59,335 nt of DNA from an uncultured Candidatus Saccharibacteria bacterium (GCA_964643135.1 CAZXPC010000005.1:1-59335), one strand, 5' to 3'. Numbered from the stretch's first letter, positions 17,584-27,784 are shown. The notes: a model not told the origin generated them from the letters alone. Numbers and translations: made by a program.

Positions 17584-18291
17584 ATGCGTCTGCACAGATT
17601 TATCGGACAATTTAATTTAACTAATGATATTGTCGAAATTTCTGACGTCGATTTAGTAAATCAGATCAAAAATGTTTTTAGGTTTTCCGCAGGCGACCAG
17701 ATTATCTTATGCGACGGCGCCTCGAACGAAGCTACGGCAGAAATTGTTTCGATTGATAAGAAAAAGGTTGAGGCCAGGATCATCGAAAGATCGGTTAATA
17801 AAAATAAGCCCAAGAACGAAACGGTTCTGTATTGCGCCATGCTGAAGAAAGAAAATTTTGAGTTGGTAGTTCAAAAAGCGGTGGAGTGCGGGATCTCTGA
17901 GATTGTGCCGGTTATAACCGAACGCACGGTTAAGTTAAACTTAAATGAGGATAGGTTGGCGAAAATTGCGCGCGAAGCGGCGGAACAATCGGGGCGGGGG
18001 ACAGTGCCCAAAATAAAAAAGCCAATCAAGCTGGAAGAAGCGATCAAGGATACCGCTAAGAATTCTCTAAATCTTTTCTTTGATGAAACTGGTGAAGATA
18101 AGGTTATAAGCATTTTAGAGAGCAATAAACAGCCGCGAATAAATGCCTGGGTCGGCCCCGAAGGCGGTTGGAGCGAAAAAGAAATAGAATTAGCCAATCA
18201 AGCCGGCTTTAAAGCGGTCAGCCTCGGCAAATTAACTTTGCGCGGCGAGACCGCAGCGATTGTCGCGGCCTATTTTGTTGCCAATCTTTAG
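17584..18291 (+). CDS. rsmE: 16S rRNA (uracil1498-N3)-methyltransferase
   Basis: 235 aa; RsmE-type PUA plus SPOUT layout (MRLHRF.., GPEGGWSEKE). Confidence 0.88.
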   Translation: MRLHRFIGQFNLTNDIVEISDVDLVNQIKNVFRFSAGDQIILCDGASNEATAEIVSIDKKKVEARIIERSVNKNKPKNETVLYCAMLKKENFELVVQKAVECGISEIVPVITERTVKLNLNEDRLAKIAREAAEQSGRGTVPKIKKPIKLEEAIKDTAKNSLNLFFDETGEDKVISILESNKQPRINAWVGPEGGWSEKEIELANQAGFKAVSLGKLTLRGETAAIVAAYFVANL

Positions 18292-18379
18292 TCGGGCGAT
18301 TTTGCTATAATATACATGATATGTCAAAAAGGTCGGCTTTTAGTGTTTCTATTTTATAAATTTATATTATTTTCTATAA

Positions 18380-18784
18380 ATGAATCCAAAACAGTTTCTT
18401 ATGTGGGGCGGAATCGCGCTGGTTCTTCTAGGTATTTTAGGCATGGTGAATGTCTTGGGCCCGACGGCCGAATCGAGTATCTTCGGTTCAGCTTGGTGGT
18501 TTGACGGCGCCGAAAACTGGGCGCACTTGGTGCTTGGCATAGTAGCTCTGGTTGCCGCTTATGCTTTGTCGGCATCAATGCAGAAACCCCTTGTTATGGT
18601 CTTGGGCGTGATCGGAGTTCTGGTCGGCTTATACAGCCTATTTATTAGTCCGAGTTTCCTTGGCGCTAATTTAGAAAACCCGGCTGACTCTCTATTGCAC
18701 TTGGCTGTCGGCGCGTGGGCGCTCTGGGCTTCGATGGGTGGAATGATGATGAAAAAATCGATGCCGCAGAACCCTGGAATGTAA
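18380..18784 (+). CDS. small multi-TM membrane protein
   Basis: 134 aa, four hydrophobic segments. Confidence 0.6.
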   Translation: MNPKQFLMWGGIALVLLGILGMVNVLGPTAESSIFGSAWWFDGAENWAHLVLGIVALVAAYALSASMQKPLVMVLGVIGVLVGLYSLFISPSFLGANLENPADSLLHLAVGAWALWASMGGMMMKKSMPQNPGM

Positions 18785-18911
18785 ATAGTCCGATACGAAA
18801 CCACAAAAGTCCGCTCTCGGGACATGCTCCGGGCCGCTCAGGCCAAGTCTTACGTTCCCTTAAGCGGACTTTTTGGTTTCTAAAAATCTAGCTTCGGCTT
18901 ATAATAGTTTT

Positions 18912-19475
18912 ATGGGACTTTATTTCACTCGAAAAGGCGACGGCGGCGAGAGTATCGTGGGTCAAAAAAAGATCGACAAGACTTCGCCCGAGATCCAGGC
19001 GGTGGGCGAGCTCGATGAACTGAATAGCTTGGTTGGCCTTATTAGAACTAAAAAAGATCTAAGCGAAGAATTTAAGAAGCTTCTCAGCGAAATTCAGGAG
19101 AACCTTTTTATCATCCAGGCTAATTGCGCTGAATTTATGTTCCACGACGAAAACGGCAAGCCGAAATATCCGGCGCCGGAATTTAAGGCGGTTAAAGTTT
19201 GGGATATTGAAAAAATAATCGAGGCGTACGAAAAAGAAGTCGACCCGGCTAAAAAGTTTGTCATTGCCGGTAGTAATAAAGTTTCGGCTTGGCTCGATTA
19301 TGCGCGGGCTGTTTCGCGCCGTGCTGAACGCGCCGTGCTCGGCTTCAACAAACTGCATCCGCTCGCGCCAGAAATACTTTCATATATGAACCGGCTTTCA
19401 AGTTTGCTTTATGCCATGGCGAGAGTAAACTCAAAGAGGGAAGATATTAAAGAATCTAATCCAACCTACAAATAA
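18912..19475 (+). CDS. PduO-type ATP:cob(I)alamin adenosyltransferase
   Basis: YFTRKGDGGES..G.LDELNSLVG motif; start at the internal ATG. Confidence 0.85.
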   Translation: MGLYFTRKGDGGESIVGQKKIDKTSPEIQAVGELDELNSLVGLIRTKKDLSEEFKKLLSEIQENLFIIQANCAEFMFHDENGKPKYPAPEFKAVKVWDIEKIIEAYEKEVDPAKKFVIAGSNKVSAWLDYARAVSRRAERAVLGFNKLHPLAPEILSYMNRLSSLLYAMARVNSKREDIKESNPTYK

Positions 19476-19688
19476 ATGGAACAAGATATTTTAAATAAAT
19501 TGGCGGCGCAGGATGCGAAGCTCGATGAGATTCAGAAAACGATGAAGAAATTGCAGAATTATTTTAAGTGGACGCTGATTGTGTCGGTCGCAGTAATTAT
19601 ACTTCCGATGATTGGTTTGGCTTTTGCAATTCCGTCTTTCTTGAGCTCCTTTAGCAGCACATATAGTGGCCTCAAGAATTTACAGTAA
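19476..19688 (+). CDS. 70-aa protein with C-terminal TM segment
   Basis: ATG directly after the upstream stop; hydrophobic stretch LIVSVAVIILPMIGLAFAIP. Confidence 0.55.
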   Translation: MEQDILNKLAAQDAKLDEIQKTMKKLQNYFKWTLIVSVAVIILPMIGLAFAIPSFLSSFSSTYSGLKNLQ

Positions 19689-19733
19689 AAAAAGGACCGC
19701 TTTGGTTTGGATTTGTGGTCCGCACCTCAGCGG

Positions 19734-20282
19734 TCAGATTGGGATTCTTTTCAACGGGTCAAAGTTGCCAGATTTGACCTCGACGATCCAAAACCCAGCG
19801 TAGATTACTCCTCCGGCTAGCGCGATCCACATGACTGGGCCGCGCAGGTCACCTGAGAAGAGGTTCCATGCACACATGACGGCTGCTCCGACTCCAGCAC
19901 CAAAGTAGATAAGGTGCAGGATGCCGGCCAAGCTCATTTTGCCGGGTGCGGGGAAGCCGTAGTCCGGTCGGTGGTTTGCGCCCATGCAGATCCATGCGAA
20001 GACTGCTGCAAGGACTATGCCGATTCCGAGCGCCCACCAGATGTTGGAGGGCTTATCCCTCGCCAGGTGCACAAAGGCAGTGACGATGAGGGGTACTCCC
20101 ATCAAGTCTGCCCAGGTCATGGTCCAGAAATCCTGAATGTACAGGAATTTCTGGTTCGTGCCCGGGATGATGGAGCCGCGCGGCGGCAAGTTTCTGTCCG
20201 TCGACTGTGCCAGGAGCATTGCCCCGAAGCAGACGAGGTTCGCGAGGATCACCGAAACGAGAATGGTTGTGGAGAACTGCAA
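19734..20282 (-). CDS. hypothetical multi-TM membrane protein (GC-rich block E)
   Basis: 182 aa, about five hydrophobic segments; TTG start in the track, start uncertain. Confidence 0.55.
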   Translation of the reverse strand: MQFSTTILVSVILANLVCFGAMLLAQSTDRNLPPRGSIIPGTNQKFLYIQDFWTMTWADLMGVPLIVTAFVHLARDKPSNIWWALGIGIVLAAVFAWICMGANHRPDYGFPAPGKMSLAGILHLIYFGAGVGAAVMCAWNLFSGDLRGPVMWIALAGGVIYAGFWIVEVKSGNFDPLKRIPI

Positions 20283-20370
20283 TCAACTCACGAGGACTAG
20301 GATACATTATATAGTGGTTGTTGTCAAGTCTAAAAACTCAGTATTTATGCTATATTTAAGTTAATTAGTT

Positions 20371-21915
20371 ATGGATTCTCTGAGTGAAAAACTGCGTAAC
20401 TGGCGGGGGAGGCGGGCGATGCTCGATAGTGTCGAAGTTTTTCGCGTGCTCGGTAATGAGACTTTACACGAGATAGCTGCTAGACAACCGAAAACGAAGG
20501 AGGAACTCTTAGAAATTAAAGGTTTTAAAGATAAGAAATTTGCGAAGTACGGGGCAGAAATATTGAACATAATTAATGGCGGTGACGGTATGGCGGTTGA
20601 AGGCATGGGCAGTCTTTTTGAGATGGGCGGCACAGCAGAGGCAGCTCCCAAAGTTAAACGCGTAAGAAAATCGGTTACAGCCGAGATTATGAATCTGAAA
20701 GGCGGCGTTGAAGAGCTCGTGAAAGTTACCGAGGAACGGATTTTTACCGTGAGCGACTATTTGGATTTGATCAACGTTGCGCTGACCGATTTCCAAGCTA
20801 AGGTGGTGGGTGAAATTTCAAGTCTCGACATCCGTGGCAACTATTTATTTTTTGGATTGAAGGACAAAAAAGACGGCAGCACCATGAGTTGTTTTATGTG
20901 GCAGTCGAACTACCGCATGTGCGGGGTTAAACTCGAAGAAGGTTTGGAGATCATCGTCTACGGCCACCCGAATATTTATAAAGCGGCGGGGAAGATCAGC
21001 ATGCAGGTTGAGACGATTGAGCACGTCGGCGAAGGGGCCCTCAAAAAGGCCTATGACGAATTGAAGCTAAAACTCACCAAAGAGGGAGTTTTCGCCGAAG
21101 AAAAGAAGCGAGCGATCCCGGAATATCCGGAACGTATTGGCCTTATTACTTCAAAAACCGGTGCGGTTATCCACGACTTTTTAAATAATATCGGCAAATT
21201 CGGTTACAATATAAAATTTGTTGATTCGCGCGTCGAAGGCCAGTTGGCCGTGAAAGATTTGATCAGCGCGGTTCGCCATTTTAGGAATGAAGAAATCGAC
21301 GTGCTGGTTATGATTCGCGGCGGGGGATCGCTCGAGTCGCTCCAAGCATTTAACAACGAAGCGCTGATTCGCGAGATTTCAACCTTCCCGAAGCCGGTTA
21401 TTTGCGGTATCGGGCACGATAAAGATGTGCCGCTCGCTTCACTTGCCGCTGATATGCAGGTTTCAACGCCGACGGCTGTAACCAAAGTTCTGAATGCCTC
21501 GTGGGAGCGCGCGCTCCAGAAGGTTGAGATCTACAAACGCGACATGATGAATATTTATGGAAATGCGCTCATAGAACGGTTTCATTCGCTTGACCGAGCC
21601 GCTCATGTCATAACTCAAGGTTTGGTTGATATTTTTACGCACTTCCATGAGCTGGAAGCCAAGCTAAAGTTAAGTTTTGCGAAGATCGGCTTCAGAATCA
21701 AAGAGATTGCCGCCCAGGTAGCCAATCAGGCGGCGATGATTGAAGTCAATAATCCCGAGCGGCAGCTTAAACTTGGTTATGGCATTGTGAGATCGGGCGG
21801 AAAAATCATCAAAAGCGTTGGAGCGGTAAAAATTGACGACATAGTTGATATTAAACTTTCAGATGGTAGTATAAAGTCTAAAGTAATTGATAAAAAACAT
21901 GGCTTCCAAGACTAA
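20371..21915 (+). CDS. xseA: exodeoxyribonuclease VII large subunit with N-terminal HRDC-like domain
   Basis: OB-fold region (VVGEISSL..YLFFGLKD) and catalytic region; the first ~70 aa resemble HRDC. Confidence 0.9.
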   Translation: MDSLSEKLRNWRGRRAMLDSVEVFRVLGNETLHEIAARQPKTKEELLEIKGFKDKKFAKYGAEILNIINGGDGMAVEGMGSLFEMGGTAEAAPKVKRVRKSVTAEIMNLKGGVEELVKVTEERIFTVSDYLDLINVALTDFQAKVVGEISSLDIRGNYLFFGLKDKKDGSTMSCFMWQSNYRMCGVKLEEGLEIIVYGHPNIYKAAGKISMQVETIEHVGEGALKKAYDELKLKLTKEGVFAEEKKRAIPEYPERIGLITSKTGAVIHDFLNNIGKFGYNIKFVDSRVEGQLAVKDLISAVRHFRNEEIDVLVMIRGGGSLESLQAFNNEALIREISTFPKPVICGIGHDKDVPLASLAADMQVSTPTAVTKVLNASWERALQKVEIYKRDMMNIYGNALIERFHSLDRAAHVITQGLVDIFTHFHELEAKLKLSFAKIGFRIKEIAAQVANQAAMIEVNNPERQLKLGYGIVRSGGKIIKSVGAVKIDDIVDIKLSDGSIKSKVIDKKHGFQD

Positions 21916-22105
21916 CCTGAATGCCTCGCTAAAGAAGCTGGCTGAAATCGTCGAGTGGTTTGAAAAGCAAGAAGAGATCGATGTCGAAGCCGGTCTGGAG
22001 AAAGTTAAGGAGGGTGCGGCATTAATCAAATCAAGCCGCGAGCGCCTGAAAGAAGTCGAGAACGAGTTCGAAGAAATTAAGAAAAACCTCGATGAAGAGA
22101 AATAA
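21899..22105 (+). CDS. xseB: exodeoxyribonuclease VII small subunit
   Basis: 68 aa from the internal ATG; LEKVKEGAALIKSSRERL. Confidence 0.85.
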   Translation: MASKTNLNASLKKLAEIVEWFEKQEEIDVEAGLEKVKEGAALIKSSRERLKEVENEFEEIKKNLDEEK

Positions 22106-22520
22106 TATTTTGGCAGTTTTGGCGATTGCGGCAGTTTTGATCGGCGGATATTTTATATTCTTCCCGTCCAAGACTCAGGCGCCGGTTGTGAGTTCTGGTT
22201 TCACTTCGGCCAATGTTGTCGTCGATAATGTTGCGCCTAATTCGCAAATAATCAGCGGCATGGTAGTAACCGGCGAAGCTAAGGGATATTATTTTGAAGC
22301 GTCTTTCCCGGTAAAGCTGGTTGATGCCAACGGCAAAGTAGTTTTGCAAACACACGCCGAGGCGCAGAGCGATTGGATGACCGCTGACTTTGTTCCATTC
22401 AAAGTTACTTTAATTTTCGATAAGCCGGCTACTGCAACGGGTAAGCTAATCTTGTCGAAAGATAATCCATCCGGCTTGCCGCAGAACGATGAGTCGGTGG
22501 AAATACCAATTAAATTCTAG
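22092..22520 (+). CDS. secreted Gmad2-like Ig-fold protein
   Basis: N-terminal TM/signal; GEAKGYYFEASFPVKLVDANG pattern. Confidence 0.6.
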   Translation: MKRNNILAVLAIAAVLIGGYFIFFPSKTQAPVVSSGFTSANVVVDNVAPNSQIISGMVVTGEAKGYYFEASFPVKLVDANGKVVLQTHAEAQSDWMTADFVPFKVTLIFDKPATATGKLILSKDNPSGLPQNDESVEIPIKF

Positions 22521-22522
22521 AT

Positions 22523-22936
22523 ATGTTTTGGTCTAAGAAAGATAAGCCGGTAGAAAATAAGACTGCTCTAAAAGCAGAGATAAAAGTTATTCCAGAAGAA
22601 CCTGTCAAAGGGGGTGTCATAAATTTTGAAGATTTTGCCAAAGTTGATTTAAGGCTCGGGAAAATCTTAGAAGCTTCTCGGGTTGAAGGTTCGGAAAAAC
22701 TTTTAAAGCTTAAAGTAGATTTTGGTTCAGAAGACCGCCAGATTTTGGCCGGTATCGGCAAGGTTTATGCTCCGGAGTTCCTCATTGGCAGGAGTGCTTC
22801 TTTTGTTTTTAATTTGGCTCCCAGAAAAATGATGGGCTTGGAGAGTCAGGGCATGATTCTGGCGGTTTCAGATGAGAATGGTTTGTCGATTTTGTCGCCG
22901 GACAAAGAAATTAAGCCAGGATCTAAATTATCATGA
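22523..22936 (+). CDS. tRNA-binding domain protein (CsaA/EMAP-like)
   Basis: FAKVDLRLGKI..GSEKLLKLKVDFG..QILAGI. Confidence 0.85.
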   Translation: MFWSKKDKPVENKTALKAEIKVIPEEPVKGGVINFEDFAKVDLRLGKILEASRVEGSEKLLKLKVDFGSEDRQILAGIGKVYAPEFLIGRSASFVFNLAPRKMMGLESQGMILAVSDENGLSILSPDKEIKPGSKLS

Positions 22937-24432
22937 GAATATTGCTAAACGAAACAACCAAGAAATTTGATGGCGCGGCGATTGTGCCCGTCTATTCAGA
23001 CAATAAAAATAATGCAAAGCTAGATTTTATTTTGGATAAGAAGAATCTAACCTACATAGAATCTGTTATCGATAAGTTCGAAGCCGGCGAGCGATCAGCG
23101 AAACTGGTTTATCTGCCCGAGCCGGAGAAATACGGCAAGTTTTCGATTGCGCTTTTGGGTTTAGGCGACAAATCTAAATTTAATTCGAAAAAATTTGCTC
23201 TGGCGATTCGGCGAGTGGTTGGTTTCGCTAAAGCTGAGAAGATCAAAGATTTTATTATTTCTCTACCTGATTTTAATTTTGGCCACGATGAAAACGAGCT
23301 GTTAAAGACGGCCGCAACCAACTTGCTGATAGCTGATTTCGAATTTAATAAATATAAAGAGATACCCAGGCATGGCTGGCCGAAGATCGATACTGTTTAT
23401 GTCTTTACAAAAGATATGAAGATGTCGAAGGATGCGCAAAAAGCTTTGGAGACGGGAATCATTATCGGTGAAGAGATCAACAATTGCCGCGATTTAGCCA
23501 ACACTCCCGGTGGGGACATGACGCCTAAAACGCTCGCGGAAAGCGCGGTTAAGACAGGAAAGCGCGCTGGTTTTAGCGTCAAAGTGCTGGATGAGTCGGA
23601 GATCAAAAAGTTGGGCATGGGCGGAGTAATCGGCGTCTCCCGAGGCTCAAGCGAGAAGCCGAAGTTTGTGATTGCCGAATATTGGGGCGGCAAGAAAAGC
23701 GATAAGCCACTGATTTTAGTTGGTAAGGGTGTGACGTTTGATTCCGGCGGGCTGAATTTGAAACCGTCGGCCTATATTTACGAAATGCATATGGATATGT
23801 CGGGCGGCGCGGCGGTCATCCACGCGCTCGCAGCCATAGTGCGCGCCAACTTAAAGATCAATGTCGTTGCGCTTGTTCCGGCGGTTGAAAACATGCCGTC
23901 GGGGTCGTCATACAGGCCAGGCGATGTTTTGAAATCTATTACTGGCAAGACGATCGAGATTATGAACACTGATGCCGAGGGCCGGGTGATTTTGGCTGAC
24001 GCTTTGGGTTATGCACAGAAATATGAGCCGAAATTGATAGTTGATGTCGCGACCTTAACCGGGGCGGCGATGGCGGCTTTGGGCCAGCGGGTGATTGCGC
24101 TTTTCACAAACGATGAAAAAACGGGCAGCCTGATTCAAAAATTGGGTAACGAAGTAGCCGAACCGGTTTGGCCGCTGCCGGCTTGGGATGAATATTTCGA
24201 AGACATTAAAGGTGTGTTTGGCGATGTGGCCAACGACGGTAAAACCAGGTATGGCGGGGCGATCCAGGGCGCGGTTTTCTTAAAGCAATTTATTGGCGAC
24301 TATCCGTGGGTTCATTTAGATATCGCACCCACCATGACAACGATTGACGGGCAGTATTTGGCTAAAGGCGCTTCCGGCACCAGCGTTGGATTATTGTTCG
24401 CGCTGGCTGAACACTTGGCCGAGAAAAAATAA
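22933..24432 (+). CDS. pepA: leucyl aminopeptidase (M17)
   Basis: 499 aa; VGKGVTFDSGG, NTDAEGR. Confidence 0.93.
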   Translation: MRILLNETTKKFDGAAIVPVYSDNKNNAKLDFILDKKNLTYIESVIDKFEAGERSAKLVYLPEPEKYGKFSIALLGLGDKSKFNSKKFALAIRRVVGFAKAEKIKDFIISLPDFNFGHDENELLKTAATNLLIADFEFNKYKEIPRHGWPKIDTVYVFTKDMKMSKDAQKALETGIIIGEEINNCRDLANTPGGDMTPKTLAESAVKTGKRAGFSVKVLDESEIKKLGMGGVIGVSRGSSEKPKFVIAEYWGGKKSDKPLILVGKGVTFDSGGLNLKPSAYIYEMHMDMSGGAAVIHALAAIVRANLKINVVALVPAVENMPSGSSYRPGDVLKSITGKTIEIMNTDAEGRVILADALGYAQKYEPKLIVDVATLTGAAMAALGQRVIALFTNDEKTGSLIQKLGNEVAEPVWPLPAWDEYFEDIKGVFGDVANDGKTRYGGAIQGAVFLKQFIGDYPWVHLDIAPTMTTIDGQYLAKGASGTSVGLLFALAEHLAEKK

Positions 24433-24650
24433 TGCGGATTTTTGTAAAAGTTAAAGCGAACGCAAAAATAGAGAAGGTTGAAAAGATTGACGAGACCCAC
24501 TACAAAGTTTCAGTGAAGGAACCGGCGCAAGAGGGCCGGGCGAATTGGGGAGTGACCCGCGCGCTTGCCAAATATTTCAATGTTTCGCCAACGCAAGTTG
24601 AAATAGTTTCCGGACTGACTTCCCGGGACAAAGTTGTGATATTGAGTTGA
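24432..24650 (+). CDS. DUF167 (YggU-like) protein
   Basis: 72 aa; ..EGRANWGVTRALAKYF..V.IVSGLTSRDKVV. Confidence 0.75.
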   Translation: MRIFVKVKANAKIEKVEKIDETHYKVSVKEPAQEGRANWGVTRALAKYFNVSPTQVEIVSGLTSRDKVVILS

Positions 24651-24802
24651 TTGTTGTATACTCATCGTCAGTAGGTAATTCTTTTAGGTGTTCGAGACTA
24701 GAGCCTTTTCCTTGAGAAATAGAGTTCGAAAGTTCCCAGAGCCATAATAAGAAGTAATGTCGTCCTACAGCAAATCAATTTGCTAACATTTTTAAGCATA
24801 TT

Positions 24803-25108
24803 ATGGCAAAAAGACTTTACGTTGGAGGCCTCGCATGGGGAACCAACGACGAGACTCTTCGCTCTGGTTTTTCAAAAGCCGGCACCGTAACATCAGCTAA
24901 CGTCATCATGGATAAGATGACCGGCCGATCAAAAGGTTTCGGATTCGTTGAAATGTCTACAGACGAGGAAGCTATGAGCGCTATCTCAATGTTCGATGGC
25001 AAGGATTTCGATGGCAGGAAAATTACTGTCAACGAAGCTAAGCCGATGACTGAGAGGACCGACCGCGGCCCACGAAGGGATTTCGGCGGCAGTCGCGGAG
25101 GATTCTAG
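24803..25108 (+). CDS. RRM-type RNA-binding protein
   Basis: RNP2 LYVGGL, RNP1 KGFGFVEM, RGG tail. Confidence 0.92.
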   Translation: MAKRLYVGGLAWGTNDETLRSGFSKAGTVTSANVIMDKMTGRSKGFGFVEMSTDEEAMSAISMFDGKDFDGRKITVNEAKPMTERTDRGPRRDFGGSRGGF

Positions 25109-25191
25109 TCAACTTATACAAGTAAGTTCACTTAGCAAAGGCCGTCTTCACTTTCGAAGGCGGTTTTTGTGTTCGATGTATAATTAGAACG

Positions 25192-26466
25192 ATGATGAAA
25201 TCCAAACCTATTTTCCAGCGAGTCCGAGTTGGCGAGCATGCTGTCGTAAAGATAGTAAAGCTGGGCCAAGCGGCCACGAGCGCTATCTTGAGACAGCGTG
25301 CGAGTACGGTCACGAGGATGAGCGGCGGGGTTCTGATTTTGTTTATACTTGGAGTTCTATTCACATCATCTAACTTTGCCGAGGCGCAAACGGCGAGCGA
25401 GTTGCAGGCGCAGATTCAGGCTCTCCAGCAGCAGATTGCGCAACTCAATGGTTCGGCAACGGCACAACCATTCAATCAAAATTTATATTTCGGGCTTCGC
25501 AATAATGCTGATGTCCGTAGGCTTCAGGATTTTTTGATCGGCAAGGGTTTGCTTGCAGCATCATTGAACACGGGCAACTATTTTTCGGCGACTCAGGCGG
25601 CGGTAAGGCTCTATCAGAGTTCGCATGGCTTGCCCGCGACCGGGTATTTCGGTCCGCTCACCCGCGCTAGGGTTAATGCCGAGATCGCGCTAACTAATCA
25701 GATTGGCCAGGTACAAGGGGAGTTGAATTTGGCTTTGAAGCAGCAGGCGACGCCCGTCGTTATGCCGACGCCTCCTCCGCCTTCTCCGCCCGCCAGCGCG
25801 CCCCCGGCTAATTCGGCGCTTACGCAAGCCAGATATGATTTAGTTAATATTGCGAATCTGATTCATGCCGACGTTAATCAGCAGAGGATAAACAATGGCC
25901 TGCCGGCGCTAATCTGGGACGACACGCTCTCCGACATGGCGCGACTGCACAGCGAAGATCAAGCGCAGGACAATATTGAAATAACCAACCCGAACATTCT
26001 TTGTCAATATCCGGAAATTCGCCATGAAGGAATCCGCGGCGGGTATTCGGTGACTGACCGTTTGGCGGCGGAAAATATTAATAATTATCGAGCGGCGGGA
26101 GAGAATATTGTGATGTTTAGCGGCGCGACCAACCTTTATTATTCATACGATCCGAACAATCCGCCGCCGCCATGTCCGACGATTATGGATTATCCTTCAG
26201 AAACCGGCCCGGCATCTGAAAAAATACCACTGTGGAATGAAGTCATAAGCGAAGCGCGCGCCGCAGTGCAGGGTATGCAGACAGTCACGTGGGTGAGGAA
26301 AGATTATTTAACCGAAGATCAAATTGCGGCGAAGGCAGTTGAGCTCTGGATGAATTCGCCCGGCCACCGCGAGAATATTTTGCGCTCGGCCTTTAATTAT
26401 GGCGGCATCGGCATCGCGCCCGTCAACGAATATTTGATCATAACGCAGGATTTCTTGGGAAGGTAG
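25192..26466 (+). CDS. secreted protein with peptidoglycan-binding domain and CAP/SCP domain
   Basis: PG_binding_1-like LQDFLIGKGLL..GLPATGYFGPLT; CAP-like WMNSPGHRENIL; start may be the internal M (MSGGVLILF). Confidence 0.8.
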   Translation: MMKSKPIFQRVRVGEHAVVKIVKLGQAATSAILRQRASTVTRMSGGVLILFILGVLFTSSNFAEAQTASELQAQIQALQQQIAQLNGSATAQPFNQNLYFGLRNNADVRRLQDFLIGKGLLAASLNTGNYFSATQAAVRLYQSSHGLPATGYFGPLTRARVNAEIALTNQIGQVQGELNLALKQQATPVVMPTPPPPSPPASAPPANSALTQARYDLVNIANLIHADVNQQRINNGLPALIWDDTLSDMARLHSEDQAQDNIEITNPNILCQYPEIRHEGIRGGYSVTDRLAAENINNYRAAGENIVMFSGATNLYYSYDPNNPPPPCPTIMDYPSETGPASEKIPLWNEVISEARAAVQGMQTVTWVRKDYLTEDQIAAKAVELWMNSPGHRENILRSAFNYGGIGIAPVNEYLIITQDFLGR

Positions 26467-26483
26467 GGTATAATTAGCTCGTT

Positions 26484-27167
26484 ATGCAGTTAAAAATTCT
26501 TTCCTACAATATTTGGTGCGATGGATACTTTGACCAGATTTGTGAATTCATTAAAAACTCCAATGCTGACATAATCGGCCTTCAGGAGGTGATGAGTGAT
26601 GATAAGAGCCGCGATATTATAAGTTACCTTAAGAATTTGGGTTATGAGTGTGTTTTCTCCCCATTTCTAAAGATGCCTGACGGCAGGGAGATGAGCAATG
26701 CTATTTTTAGCAAGTATAAAATACTAAAAACAGAGACATATGCTTTATCGCCGACGCATAGTCGGAACGCCGTTAAAGCGGACGTTGAGGTCGGCGGGAA
26801 AGTTTTGCATTTTTTTAGCACTCATTTGAGGCACGAACACCAGAGGCCTTCGGCGGTTCAAGAACTACAAGCTGAAACTCTGGTTAAGAATCTGCCGCCA
26901 ACCGGCACGGTTGTAGTGGGTGATTTTAATGCAACTCCGGAAAGTAATGCGATACAGACGATGGGAAAGGTCTTAGTTAATACTGATCCAGAATCGAAAC
27001 CAACTTGGAGCAATTACCCGGCCGGTTGTCCAGAATGTAATCCTCAAGCCATCGATACAAAGCTGGATTATATTTTTGTAAGCAAGGATATTAAATATAG
27101 TAATTTTACCGTTTACAACGCAAAAGGTTCTGATCATTTGCCAATTTCCGTAAATATCGAAATCTAA
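26484..27167 (+). CDS. endonuclease/exonuclease/phosphatase family protein
   Basis: YNIW..ADIIGLQEV..GDFN..SDHLP. Confidence 0.85.
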   Translation: MQLKILSYNIWCDGYFDQICEFIKNSNADIIGLQEVMSDDKSRDIISYLKNLGYECVFSPFLKMPDGREMSNAIFSKYKILKTETYALSPTHSRNAVKADVEVGGKVLHFFSTHLRHEHQRPSAVQELQAETLVKNLPPTGTVVVGDFNATPESNAIQTMGKVLVNTDPESKPTWSNYPAGCPECNPQAIDTKLDYIFVSKDIKYSNFTVYNAKGSDHLPISVNIEI

Positions 27168-27168
27168 T

Positions 27169-27720
27169 ATGCCAAAAAATTTACATCGCATCTTTGTGGC
27201 GCTGGAAGTTAAGAAGGTGATTGCTAATGCCTTAGTGCGCGAAGAAGAGTGGATTGATAAAGAACTGGGCACGCTTATCAATTGGATTCAGCCGGAAGAT
27301 ATGCACATTACGTTAGTGCCGCCGTGGTATGCCGATGACAACCAGGTGGCTCAAACGATACAGCATTTAAAGGCGGCCGAATATATCGCTTTTGGAGTTG
27401 ATTTAAAGCGAATTACCTTTGGCCCGAACGAAAAAAAGCCGAATGTTGTTTGGGTCGAGATCGCGCCGAATGAGGCTCTGACACAGCTCAAGAACAAAGT
27501 TGAGAAGTTATTGAACGTAAAAGTTGATGAGAGAGAATTTCGCCCTCACATCACGTTGGCTTGGCTTTCTGATGACGACAAATCAAAATTAAAAGGCGTT
27601 GGGCTGGATAGGAAATTGAAATTGGCTTACGAGGCCGAAGCGGTTTTGGTAATGGAGTCAGTTAAGGAGGGGTCGCATCGCTATGACGTCTTACAGAAGA
27701 TCGGATTTGAATATGACTAA
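27169..27720 (+). CDS. 2H phosphoesterase (2'-5' RNA ligase / ThpR-like)
   Basis: two HxT motifs: MHITLVPP and PHITLAW. Confidence 0.8.
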   Translation: MPKNLHRIFVALEVKKVIANALVREEEWIDKELGTLINWIQPEDMHITLVPPWYADDNQVAQTIQHLKAAEYIAFGVDLKRITFGPNEKKPNVVWVEIAPNEALTQLKNKVEKLLNVKVDEREFRPHITLAWLSDDDKSKLKGVGLDRKLKLAYEAEAVLVMESVKEGSHRYDVLQKIGFEYD

Positions 27721-27784
27721 AGTACTCGCGCAGGCGGAATTGGTGAGTTTGTATAGCCGACAAAAATAGATATATAATAATGAC

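Noticed and set aside
24651-24802. Structured regulatory leader upstream of the RRM protein gene
   Set aside because: It is a 150-nt spacer with a short direct repeat (GTTCGAGA / GTTCGAAA). I could not derive a convincing conserved fold or a known motif by eye.
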